Below are positions 8,661 to 16,653 of a DNA stretch of 28,924 nucleotides, piece after piece. This stretch comes from a virus (taxonomy: Duplodnaviria; Caudoviricetes). A program made the translations under genes and the position numbers. The stretch is taken from the IMG/VR virus record IMGVR_UViG_3300017785_001263, positions 1-28,924 of that record; one strand, given 5' to 3'. Numbering within the stretch: position 1 is the stretch's first letter; the number at the start of each line of letters is the position of its first letter. The notes under the pieces were generated by a model that saw nothing but the letters and a program-made list of their open reading frames with translations, did no database searches and had not been told where the DNA came from.

Positions 8661-8689
8661 TATATAATACCTTTTGGTCAAAATGTCAA
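8661..8689 (-). promoter_or_regulatory. promoter for hsp20
   Basis: TTGACA-N17-TATATA, overlapping a late-like TATATATA. Confidence 0.6.
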
Positions 8690-8698
8690 TAGTAACCA

Positions 8699-9187
8699 TT
8701 AATTTTTTGAATACCGCCATGTCACTACGTCGTCGTAATTCTTCTGAGGCCAGTCTTTATAATAGCCCTGCTTAGTGAGTTGTTCAGACGCTCTGTTTAA
8801 TTTTGATAGTTTCTGTATAGCAATAAAACCCCATTTGCCGTGATTCATATTTTCGCCAAATAGAATCTCATCTTTCTCTGGATGGTCTTCAAGAGCTACT
8901 AAGTCGCGCGGCATCATTTCAGCATTTGCTTCTTTCGTAAGATTCTCTAGAACATCGAATGAAATTGAACCTTTAGAGAATCCAATAACAGCAACTTCTT
9001 TTTCTAACTTAAAATCACTATAAATCTCAATCAGTTCATCAACTGAGTTTATAAAATACCATTCTATATTGTCGCTAATTAGAGCACTCTTTGCAAATGG
9101 GCACGGGATAGCTTTCATATTTTTATTATAAACGCTAACCCAATCAATTATCCATTTACCAATGTCTTCTTTAAATTCGTTAATCAA
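8699..9187 (-). CDS. hypothetical protein with CPFA motif (DUF1415-like, tentative)
   Basis: 162-aa ORF, TTG start with AAGGA SD, PCPFAK and EDHP motifs. Confidence 0.6.
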   Translation of the reverse strand: MINEFKEDIGKWIIDWVSVYNKNMKAIPCPFAKSALISDNIEWYFINSVDELIEIYSDFKLEKEVAVIGFSKGSISFDVLENLTKEANAEMMPRDLVALEDHPEKDEILFGENMNHGKWGFIAIQKLSKLNRASEQLTKQGYYKDWPQKNYDDVVTWRYSKN

Positions 9188-9290
9188 TTTGCTATCCTTT
9201 TAGATAAATACATTTGTGATGAGATTTGATTTTATAGATCATGTTTAGTTATACTATAACAAATATGATTTAAATCAAAGGAATGATGAA

Positions 9291-9626
9291 ATGACTAAAG
9301 CGCTTGAAAAAGATTCAAAATATAATAGAAACGATGTTAACGGCGACGGCATTGTTAGCGATGAAGAAATGACAAAAATAGAAAAGTTAGTTGAGTTTGA
9401 GGAAAAGATGGCTGAGTTTGAAAATAAAGACAAGAAAGAAGACCAACTTCGCCATATGGCTTGGATGGCGATGGCAAGCATGGTTCTATTTACCAGTATT
9501 CTTTTCTCTCCAATCATATCTATCGAAAAACTTGACGCTCTTGGTGCTATCATTCAAATGTTCTACATCGCCCAAGCCGGCGTAGTAGCTACATTCTTTG
9601 GTGCTAATGCTTACATCAGTAAGTAA
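9291..9626 (+). CDS. EF-hand-motif, two-TM membrane protein (holin-like architecture)
   Basis: DVNGDGIVSDEE EF-hand loop, charged helix, two hydrophobic helices; AAGGA SD; the only convincing plus-strand gene. Confidence 0.75.
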   Translation: MTKALEKDSKYNRNDVNGDGIVSDEEMTKIEKLVEFEEKMAEFENKDKKEDQLRHMAWMAMASMVLFTSILFSPIISIEKLDALGAIIQMFYIAQAGVVATFFGANAYISK

Positions 9627-10667
9627 TCACCGTACGAATTGCTTCTCGAAGTGGTCATGATTTACTGAACAGGTCTTGGCGCACATCATCAACTTTCCTT
9701 CGGCAATTGATGGTGCGCCCCAAGATTTTTCAATCTTTTCGAAGAAACCGCTTTCAAAAACTCCCCTGATGCCATGAACTTTGGCACTAATTTCATCTTT
9801 ATCATCGATGATATGTTTGAAAAGTGGATTGTCTTTATAGTTTTCAACTTCTGAATCATACATCGCAGATCCGCCTAGCCAACAGCATGGGACCACTAAA
9901 CCTTCGGCGCTGATATACAGAGACTTCTGTTTAACAACTTTACAGCCAATCTTAGTATTGTCTAAGAACTCGCTCCAACTTCCAAATTTTTCTATTGCTT
10001 GATTTTTAAATTCGTTTACTTCATGAACGAATTCTTTCTTCTGTGGTTGACTCAGGTTCTTATAAGACATCTTTCCAGCAGGCCAGCGATTTGTACGCTT
10101 GGGGATGAAAGACTTAACGCCGAGTTTCTTAGCTAATTCCCGTGCTTCTTCGACCTGGTGTTCATTGTGCTTAAATACAAGAAAGTGCCATTCGGCGTTT
10201 CCACCGGCACCAATGAAAGATTCCATAGCATTAATAACACGATCCCATTGAACGTTTTCACGATAAATGTGATTGGTGTCTTCGAGTCCATCTACAGAAA
10301 AAGTTACTCCTCCTCTGTATAATACGGAGGCTAAGTCTTTCCACCAGTCTGAGTTGCGCGCACCACCATTCGTAAACATACTTAAATTCATCGATGGATT
10401 GGTATACCTGAAGTGTTCGAACACTTCAAGCGTATCTTTAGCCATGATAGGATCGCCGTAATTGCCGCACATAAACATTTTTGAAAGTTGCTTAATGAAA
10501 TCTTTTTCAAAGATATCTTTGCAATCTTGAAGTGTCAGTTCGCTGTTCGTAAGATGTTGCATCATAGAACCATTAGGGCCACTATTTCTAGCGCACATCG
10601 AACAACCTGCTTGACACTTCTCAGTTATCTCGAGGTGCAGTGTTTTTATGTCTTCATACTTATACAT
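9627..10667 (-). CDS. radical SAM protein with C-terminal SPASM/twitch-like domain
   Basis: CQAGCSMC (CxxxCxxC), GNYGDP, TNG, FSVDG, PCCW and CAKTC. Confidence 0.92.
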   Translation of the reverse strand: MYKYEDIKTLHLEITEKCQAGCSMCARNSGPNGSMMQHLTNSELTLQDCKDIFEKDFIKQLSKMFMCGNYGDPIMAKDTLEVFEHFRYTNPSMNLSMFTNGGARNSDWWKDLASVLYRGGVTFSVDGLEDTNHIYRENVQWDRVINAMESFIGAGGNAEWHFLVFKHNEHQVEEARELAKKLGVKSFIPKRTNRWPAGKMSYKNLSQPQKKEFVHEVNEFKNQAIEKFGSWSEFLDNTKIGCKVVKQKSLYISAEGLVVPCCWLGGSAMYDSEVENYKDNPLFKHIIDDKDEISAKVHGIRGVFESGFFEKIEKSWGAPSIAEGKLMMCAKTCSVNHDHFEKQFVR

Positions 10668-10679
10668 CGATGATCAAAT

Positions 10680-10865
10680 TCATGCTGCCTTCACTTTGAA
10701 GTTAAAGAATTGACCATCGCGATTTAACTTACTAACTGCAGCAACCCAATCGTTTGCATCTCTTTCAGAGATAAAGTGTAGTCGATCCTTAATGGTCAAA
10801 GCTTTCAAGTTTCCTTTGTTAAAGTACTTTTCGAACTCTACCACGTACTTATAAGTAAGCATCAA
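10680..10865 (-). CDS. hypothetical protein
   Basis: GGAG SD, own promoter upstream. Confidence 0.7.
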   Translation of the reverse strand: MMLTYKYVVEFEKYFNKGNLKALTIKDRLHFISERDANDWVAAVSKLNRDGQFFNFKVKAA

Positions 10866-10895
10866 GTATCTCCATACTGTATTTCTATATATCTC

Positions 10896-10924
10896 AGTAT
10901 ACTGCAGTGAGATATAATTGTCAA
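10896..10924 (-). promoter_or_regulatory. sigma70-type promoter
   Basis: TTGACA-N17-TATACT immediately after the tRNA 3' end. Confidence 0.8.
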
Positions 10925-10932
10925 CTAAAAAA

Positions 10933-11008
10933 TGGTAGACGGGGTAGGATTTGAACCTACGATCGAGGCGTTATGAGCGCCCAGCTTTTACCACTAAGCT
11001 ACCCGTCC
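10933..11008 (-). tRNA. tRNA with CAU anticodon (Ile2 more likely than elongator Met; not initiator)
   Basis: 76-nt cloverleaf, GGGCG-CT-CAT-AA-CGCCT, C4:G69, A73, encoded CCA; lacks the initiator C1:A72 and the 3 G:C pairs at 29-31. Confidence 0.9.
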
Positions 11009-11021
11009 AAAGATTTTCAGT

Positions 11022-11264
11022 TTACCGTCCAGGTGGGAAAGACGCCATGTAACTGGCGTATTGTTCTTTAGTCATGAAATATTCAATAATTTTTTCAAAA
11101 GCCACGATCATACTATCCGACTCTTCTTGAGTGTCATATACTAACTGCAGATCGCGTCGATCTTCGCGAAGGTGCTCATAAGATCGCTTGAGTTCATCCA
11201 AAACGATTTCATCAATTTGATCATAGTCAAGTTCAAATGTAACTTTAGTCATCATTTGCTCCAT
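11022..11264 (-). CDS. hypothetical protein
   Basis: 80-aa ORF translationally coupled (TAATG) to the DUF932 gene. Confidence 0.7.
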   Translation of the reverse strand: MEQMMTKVTFELDYDQIDEIVLDELKRSYEHLREDRRDLQLVYDTQEESDSMIVAFEKIIEYFMTKEQYASYMASFPPGR

Positions 11265-12220
11265 TAAGCTGCTTCTGAAAAGTTTGCAAATTCTACTGCA
11301 GATTCAAGCGCTTTGATCTTGCGCTGGCGATTCTGTCCGTACCAAGCTGACTTGAGTCGTGAGTCTGCTGAGTGACCAAGAAGGTGGTCAGTGGTGTAAG
11401 TAACTGCGTTAAAAGCCTGCCACCAAGAACCGGCGCCATATTCGTGGCCAGGTTGAGTCTCAAGAATTTCTAGAGCCTGAGAAGCGGGCCGCGAAAGAGG
11501 AACATCGGCACTATTAGTATCATTCTTAGACATCGATGGGAAGATCTCACGCAGATATTCAGTCACGGTGTCAGTAGTAATTTTCTTTGTCGAGAGGTAT
11601 TTTGCTACATCGACATAGGTACCCATTTGCTTGCTAGCCATGCCGAGTGTATTCTTGACCATCTCAGCGTCAAACTTGCTACGATGGTTCAGGCGAACCA
11701 TCATATCAGAAGTGCCTTTAAGAGCCATAGTCAGTGTGTTATTGCAGACTACCCGAATACCAGTAAAGCGAATGTCCACACACTTCCCGTAAGTGTGCGG
11801 GTTCGAGAACAAGAGGTAGGGTTCTACACGATCGCCGCTGACAATCTCAAAAGACTCTTTGATTTTAGCAAGAGCCCAGACGCTTTTGCCGCCATCGAGC
11901 GAACCAGCCGTATGCATCTCCATGCCGCCTTCCATAACGAAGTCGTTGAAGAATTCGAAAGCCTGATGGTTCTGAACAGGTTCCCATTCGCCTGAAACTG
12001 TTGTCAAGACTTTATGGTCTGACGAACGAATGAGCGCGTAGTCAGATGTTGGGATAAGTTCGTCTTTATACTCACAGAAGGTTGGAACCTTCTCAACAGT
12101 CCAGTCAAGACCAGCTTTCTTAAGCATCATGTCAGGCGTAAGCTCATTATGCACAGGAACTCCAAGTCCGTGCCAGGGGGTTTCGCCAGCATATGCCATA
12201 GTTTCTACTAGGTGTGCCAT
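11264..12220 (-). CDS. DUF932/DUF945 family phage/plasmid protein
   Basis: MAY.GETPWHGLG, AGLDWTV, PVQNHQAF, TAGSL.GGK.VWALAK, IRVVCNNTL, WQAFNAVT. Confidence 0.9.
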   Translation of the reverse strand: MAHLVETMAYAGETPWHGLGVPVHNELTPDMMLKKAGLDWTVEKVPTFCEYKDELIPTSDYALIRSSDHKVLTTVSGEWEPVQNHQAFEFFNDFVMEGGMEMHTAGSLDGGKSVWALAKIKESFEIVSGDRVEPYLLFSNPHTYGKCVDIRFTGIRVVCNNTLTMALKGTSDMMVRLNHRSKFDAEMVKNTLGMASKQMGTYVDVAKYLSTKKITTDTVTEYLREIFPSMSKNDTNSADVPLSRPASQALEILETQPGHEYGAGSWWQAFNAVTYTTDHLLGHSADSRLKSAWYGQNRQRKIKALESAVEFANFSEAA

Positions 12221-12281
12221 TATGTATTTCCCGTGTATGATGTTTTGTTGTCGACGTTAACGTATGATTTTTCGAAATACA

Positions 12282-12560
12282 TTACGCTGCCTCCAACATT
12301 TGAAGTGGAACCGTATAGTTGATGCGCTTCGGGCTGGTGACCTCGACAGTCGCTTTTTTGATTTTGATGGCTTTGATCACACCGGCATAAGTGATGCCAC
12401 CATGTGAAAACTTAACTTGCATTCCAGGTGCCATGGCACGCTTTGCTGCTTGAGCCAAGGTATCACGGCGAGCAGCCGTTGCATCGTAAATCTTGTGAAG
12501 ATCTTCGTTGGAAGCTTTCGACAAGATGTAGGAGATAGCGAGCGCGAGATCTTTATTCAT
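12282..12560 (-). CDS. hypothetical early protein (start at MNKDLALA), C-terminal SH3-like beta region
   Basis: ATG directly after the cassette SD AAGGAAACCACC. Confidence 0.75.
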   Translation of the reverse strand: MNKDLALAISYILSKASNEDLHKIYDATAARRDTLAQAAKRAMAPGMQVKFSHGGITYAGVIKAIKIKKATVEVTSPKRINYTVPLQMLEAA

Positions 12561-12620
12561 GGTGGTTTCCTTTTCCATACCTTACTCTTAGATACTATCA
12601 AAGTTTCAACAGAATGTCAA
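12561..12620 (-). promoter_or_regulatory. early promoter with conserved leader (cassette copy 2)
   Basis: TTGACA-N17-TAGTAT-CTAAGAGTAAGGTATGGAAAAGGAAACCACC-ATG. Confidence 0.85.
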
Positions 12621-12642
12621 CCATTATTTTTGAAAAAAATGA

Positions 12643-12918
12643 TTATGCGGTGTTTTTTTCAAAAGAAATGTCGGGATGATTGTAACCATAAGTATCACGA
12701 GTACCCACCAAATCTTTCTGGCGTATATGCAACTTCAGAGCCCGCGCGGTACCAAATATTTTACGCACGATCTGAGGCTGTGTCACAGTCAAATTCATCA
12801 CGGTGCTTTTCAGCACATCTCGGTATTCTTTCGGAAGTGCATCATAGAGTTCCATAGTACGTTGTAGAGTAGATTTTTTTACTATGTACCCAGATTTTCC
12901 ATTATTGTTCACGACCAC
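12643..12918 (-). CDS. hypothetical protein (MELYDALPKEYR, reminiscent of DUF6525)
   Basis: ORF in a tightly packed early-gene block; family resemblance from memory only. Confidence 0.6.
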   Translation of the reverse strand: MVVNNNGKSGYIVKKSTLQRTMELYDALPKEYRDVLKSTVMNLTVTQPQIVRKIFGTARALKLHIRQKDLVGTRDTYGYNHPDISFEKNTA

Positions 12919-12923
12919 GATGA

Positions 12924-13184
12924 TTAGTTCCTTTTCAAGTTCTTATACATTGCTTCGCGACGTTCTTTTTCTAATCTCACCATCTCATGAGGATAGAAGT
13001 CTTCGCGAACAAAATGATCATACCAGATGCGATCCTCATCGCGGTCGGTCTCATCCATGTAACCTACTAGTTCACCTTTATGATAAAGGCAATTATCTCC
13101 GTGCGCAGTGAAGTTGTGTTCTTTCTGAACCCGGTAAAGCTGGTAACCGGTCACTAAGAGAAATTTATGTATTGCCGCCGTCAT
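12924..13184 (-). CDS. hypothetical protein
   Basis: GGAG SD, packed between neighbours. Confidence 0.7.
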   Translation of the reverse strand: MTAAIHKFLLVTGYQLYRVQKEHNFTAHGDNCLYHKGELVGYMDETDRDEDRIWYDHFVREDFYPHEMVRLEKERREAMYKNLKRN

Positions 13185-13185
13185 T

Positions 13186-13341
13186 TTAACTCCAGTCGAT
13201 TAGTATTTCCATTAGTTGGTGTAGCGTCATCTCGTTAATATGATCTTTGAAGTCGTTTTCAACCCGCCACTCGTCAGCAGTAATATATCGCTGTCTTTGT
13301 ATCTTTGTCCACCACACTTTGTAGTTAATATATGCAGTCAT
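13186..13341 (-). CDS. hypothetical protein (51 aa, MTAYINYKVWWTKIQRQRY...)
   Basis: Manually read ORF, ATGA overlap with the upstream gene, fills the gap exactly. Confidence 0.7.
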   Translation of the reverse strand: MTAYINYKVWWTKIQRQRYITADEWRVENDFKDHINEMTLHQLMEILIDWS

Positions 13342-13670
13342 TCTAACAGCGACTCCTCGAATTGGGGAAATATAATCTCAGGTTCTAACATCTCAGACGC
13401 CTTGCCGCCTTTGAAGTAATGAACCCAACGCAATCCATCTTCACCGTGACCATAAACAGTAAAAAGCACGTCCTTAAACTCATTTGAGACGTCTTTCATA
13501 TCAGTTGGACACGAATACCATTTTACATCACTGATATGGAAATCATAATCTCTCTCTAAAGATTTATAGAATTCATAACCAGAGACTAATTGCATACTAT
13601 ATAGAATCTTGTCTTTTCGATTTTGATCTTTGCAATCAACCTTGACAGTGAAGTCGCTGTAATAACCCAT
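13338..13670 (-). CDS. hypothetical phage protein (MGYYSDF...KWY...GHGED)
   Basis: GAGGAG SD; motif pattern typical of conserved phage hypotheticals. Confidence 0.75.
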   Translation of the reverse strand: MGYYSDFTVKVDCKDQNRKDKILYSMQLVSGYEFYKSLERDYDFHISDVKWYSCPTDMKDVSNEFKDVLFTVYGHGEDGLRWVHYFKGGKASEMLEPEIIFPQFEESLLE

Positions 13671-13671
13671 T

Positions 13672-13881
13672 CTATTTCTCCTCGATCACAGTCATTTCTT
13701 CTAGGATCATGAAAGTGTAGCCAAAGCCGTAATGCTTGACATAGCGCGCCACCGCCCATAGAACGTCCTCGTAGTCTATCCCGGTCTCATCCTCGATCTG
13801 TAGGACGGTGTAGCCCTGGTTCCGCAGCTTCTTGACCCGCTCACAGAGCTCGTCCCATTCATCCCTTAGCTCTATAGTCAT
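13672..13881 (-). CDS. hypothetical protein, possible HTH
   Basis: LRNQGYTVLQIEDETGIDYEDV resembles an HTH; AGGAG SD. Confidence 0.7.
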   Translation of the reverse strand: MTIELRDEWDELCERVKKLRNQGYTVLQIEDETGIDYEDVLWAVARYVKHYGFGYTFMILEEMTVIEEK

Positions 13882-14090
13882 CCATTCACTCCTACTTTAA
13901 CGAACCGCGAAGCCCAAACCCGCCCCTCTGGATCCGCCATGGTCATCTGACGGGGGTGCACTGACTTGGTCGGTTTTGCGTCCCACCAAGCCCAAGCCTC
14001 GTCAGCGGTTTCAAACTCGACAGAAGACCAGTTCCCATGCTCGAGGGGGGTCTCTGTCACAAACTCGGTCTTCATAACCCATCCAGCCAT
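13878..14090 (-). CDS. hypothetical protein
   Basis: AAGGAG SD, ATGA overlap downstream. Confidence 0.7.
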   Translation of the reverse strand: MAGWVMKTEFVTETPLEHGNWSSVEFETADEAWAWWDAKPTKSVHPRQMTMADPEGRVWASRFVKVGVNG

Positions 14091-14091
14091 T

Positions 14092-14256
14092 TCAGTTCTC
14101 CTTGATTGCGTTGATCAGGTCAACCCACATATCTACTTCTTTGGTTTTTTGCTCAAGCATGGCGATCAGCCATTCAATACGGCCTGCGGCATCAGCGTGT
14201 TTCCAGTCCTTGGATTCAAACCGGTCATCACTCAACAGGGCAGAAATCTTTTCCAT
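14092..14256 (-). CDS. hypothetical protein (54 aa, MEKISALLSDDRFESKDW...)
   Basis: Manually read ORF with TAAGGAG SD, fills the gap exactly. Confidence 0.75.
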   Translation of the reverse strand: MEKISALLSDDRFESKDWKHADAAGRIEWLIAMLEQKTKEVDMWVDLINAIKEN

Positions 14257-14266
14257 AACGGTCTCC

Positions 14267-14434
14267 TTAGTAATAGTTGCGGACGAGGATAACCTCGTCC
14301 TTGATCTTGTCGGCGAGGCAGATGTTCTCTTGCGAGATCTTCCGCGATGCCAAGAAGGCCTCAGCGTCGGCGACAGTCTCGAAGTAGACCTTTTCCAGCC
14401 GAGCGGAGGAAGTGAGAACGAACCGTTTAGCCAT
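14267..14434 (-). CDS. hypothetical protein (start at MAKRFVL)
   Basis: GAGG SD, ATG one base after the upstream stop. Confidence 0.7.
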   Translation of the reverse strand: MAKRFVLTSSARLEKVYFETVADAEAFLASRKISQENICLADKIKDEVILVRNYY

Positions 14435-14435
14435 C

Positions 14436-14567
14436 TTAGACCTCGTTAACAGAGAAAGAAACAATCCGAGTCATGACGTAGTCGTCTTCCGTCATACCAT
14501 CAAGGTCAGCAAAGACCCACACCACGAACTCGTCCATCCAGCCAGTCATCATATCAACGGTCACCAT
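14436..14567 (-). CDS. hypothetical acidic peptide (start MVTVDMM...)
   Basis: GAGGAAGAG SD; fills the gap. Confidence 0.55.
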   Translation of the reverse strand: MVTVDMMTGWMDEFVVWVFADLDGMTEDDYVMTRIVSFSVNEV

Positions 14568-14709
14568 CGCGCATCTCTTCCTCGCGGAGCTTTGCTTTAG
14601 CGAAGACGGCAACGTAAGTGCCTGCGCGGATACAACTTCCAATGCCACGCCGACCCAGCCAAATGCCATTTACATTCCAGAAAGTCCAATTTTGTTCCCA
14701 GTTTTCCAT
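14554..14709 (-). CDS. hypothetical protein (51 aa, MENWEQNWTFWNVNGIW...)
   Basis: Manually read; first gene after cassette copy 3 (AAGGTG SD). Confidence 0.7.
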   Translation of the reverse strand: MENWEQNWTFWNVNGIWLGRRGIGSCIRAGTYVAVFAKAKLREEEMRDGDR

Positions 14710-14769
14710 CTCATTCACCTTTTCTATACCTTACTCTTAGATACTAACACACCTTCCATGGATTGTACA
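14710..14769 (-). promoter_or_regulatory. early promoter with conserved leader (cassette copy 3)
   Basis: TGTACA-N17-TAGTAT-CTAAGAGTAAGGTATAGAAAAGG. Confidence 0.75.
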
Positions 14770-14810
14770 CAGAAAAATGCAGTTCCAGCAAAATATATTT
14801 TGTTAAAAAA

Positions 14811-15881
14811 TTAGAAGAAAGACTGTCTTTGGCCTTCACGATGTAGTTCAGCAGTAACGCAATGAGTACCACCATCCCAGAAGAACCTGTGTCTCATTGG
14901 AGCTATGTGTGGAGTTATGCCGTGTCGCTCAAATGCTTTAAACGCCTGTTCGTTATAGGATCCTACGATGACGTTTTTTGGATCTACCATTAGAACGTTA
15001 ACATCGAAGATAGTTTCCTCAACGTATCCGACCCAGTCTTTAAGCCAGTGCTCAACATATTCTATGATATCGTCATCTTCAGATACTCCTGGGATGAACC
15101 ACTTTCCATGGTTTTTCGACTTAAGAGTCATCCATTCGCGCATCGAATTCATTCTATTTTGTTCAAAGTAAACTACTTCCCAATCTGGAAAAGTCTTGTC
15201 ATACGCGTCTGCATCGTACGCGCTGAAGATAAGTCCCGGCTTTAGAGGACTAAAGACCCCATCAATATGCCCACCCGTGGTGACGGCGTGCGTATTATAG
15301 TCTTGAAGATACGTATTTTTCATTATGTCAATGGAATCTAAGACACGCCAATCAGTCATCTTATGTTTAGTACCAAAGAACAGGTCTTTACCAATCCTGA
15401 AAATGCCGTTAACTTTGATCCAAGCTAAGTCTTCGTCGCTCTGATTGTTAATAACCGTATTACCTTTTGAGGCTACGTAGTCTAAGATACCCTGCCAACA
15501 TACGTCAAAGTTTACAATTTTATCATGATTTGACCAGTTGTTAACTTTCTGATTCACTCTAAAGTAAGGAAAAAGAAAGAACTTATCGCCAATCATAATC
15601 ATTTGATCGCGTGGAATAGAACTTACTGGCGCTGGAATGGGAATATTCTTATCGATGTATTCCTGTGGTACTACGCTCGGAACATCTGGCCGCAATACTT
15701 CTACGTCAAAAGACTTTAATACTTTGATTAGAGATTGATAGTCTTCTTCGGTTTCAGTAGCTATCTTTTCGAAAAGATTCCTCATCTTCGAATTCTTCAT
15801 AAATGAATAAAATTCTGGAGGATAGTTTTTACCGACTACGCAAACTTTTAGCGGATCCCATTCCTGGTGTACACTGAGCAT
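14811..15881 (-). CDS. amidinotransferase (Arg:Gly / inosamine-phosphate amidinotransferase family)
   Basis: EWDPLKVCVVG, PRD, GHIDG, DVNVL, GGTHCVT (catalytic Cys and His motifs). Confidence 0.9.
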   Translation of the reverse strand: MLSVHQEWDPLKVCVVGKNYPPEFYSFMKNSKMRNLFEKIATETEEDYQSLIKVLKSFDVEVLRPDVPSVVPQEYIDKNIPIPAPVSSIPRDQMIMIGDKFFLFPYFRVNQKVNNWSNHDKIVNFDVCWQGILDYVASKGNTVINNQSDEDLAWIKVNGIFRIGKDLFFGTKHKMTDWRVLDSIDIMKNTYLQDYNTHAVTTGGHIDGVFSPLKPGLIFSAYDADAYDKTFPDWEVVYFEQNRMNSMREWMTLKSKNHGKWFIPGVSEDDDIIEYVEHWLKDWVGYVEETIFDVNVLMVDPKNVIVGSYNEQAFKAFERHGITPHIAPMRHRFFWDGGTHCVTAELHREGQRQSFF

Positions 15882-15885
15882 ATTT

Positions 15886-16653
15886 TCAATTTCCTTGAAT
15901 CTTAATTATTTCCCACGTACCATCGTATTTTTCAACTAATGCGGTGCAGCTTTCGACCCAGTCCCCGCAATTCATATACTCGGTACCATCAAACGTAGTT
16001 ATATTAGCGTGATGTATATGCCCACAGATGATTCCATCAGTGCCACAGTTTTTTGCATAAGTTGATAAAGTCTCTTCGTAAGATCCTATGAAGTTTACAG
16101 CAGACTTAACTTTGTATTTTAGCCAAGCGCTGACAGACCATCTAGGAAGATTTAAAAAATCCATGAGCCTATTGAACATAACGTTCATAGTTATCGAAAC
16201 ATCATAAGCCCAGGATCCAAGATACGAAAGCCACTTTGCGTGGTTTATCACAACATCAAATTGATCGCCATGAACTACTGAGTATGTTTTACCATTAAGT
16301 GCCCAATAAACATCAGAAGATACGAGTTTGATTTTACCAAATTCGTTTCCACAAAATGGCTTGAGAAACTCATCGTGATTTCCAGGGATGAAAACTACAT
16401 TCACTCCTTTGCGCGCTTTGCGAAGGAGTTTCTGAACTATATCATTATGTGATTGTGGCCAATACATCTTAGATTTCATGGCCCAGCCGTCTACTATATC
16501 ACCAACTAAATATAAATTTTCACACTCAAACGTTTTCATAAAGTTAAGGAACTCGTCGGCCTGAGACATACGAGTTCCTAAATGAATGTCGGATACGAAT
16601 ACTGACTTATACTTTACCGATTCCCGATAGTGTACTTTGTCACCAGGTTCCAT
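15886..16653 (-). CDS. calcineurin-like metallophosphoesterase, LpxH / UDP-2,3-diacylglucosamine hydrolase-like
   Basis: SDIHLG, GDIVDGW, GNHD, HGD, CGHIH, N.GDWVES. Confidence 0.9.
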   Translation of the reverse strand: MEPGDKVHYRESVKYKSVFVSDIHLGTRMSQADEFLNFMKTFECENLYLVGDIVDGWAMKSKMYWPQSHNDIVQKLLRKARKGVNVVFIPGNHDEFLKPFCGNEFGKIKLVSSDVYWALNGKTYSVVHGDQFDVVINHAKWLSYLGSWAYDVSITMNVMFNRLMDFLNLPRWSVSAWLKYKVKSAVNFIGSYEETLSTYAKNCGTDGIICGHIHHANITTFDGTEYMNCGDWVESCTALVEKYDGTWEIIKIQGN

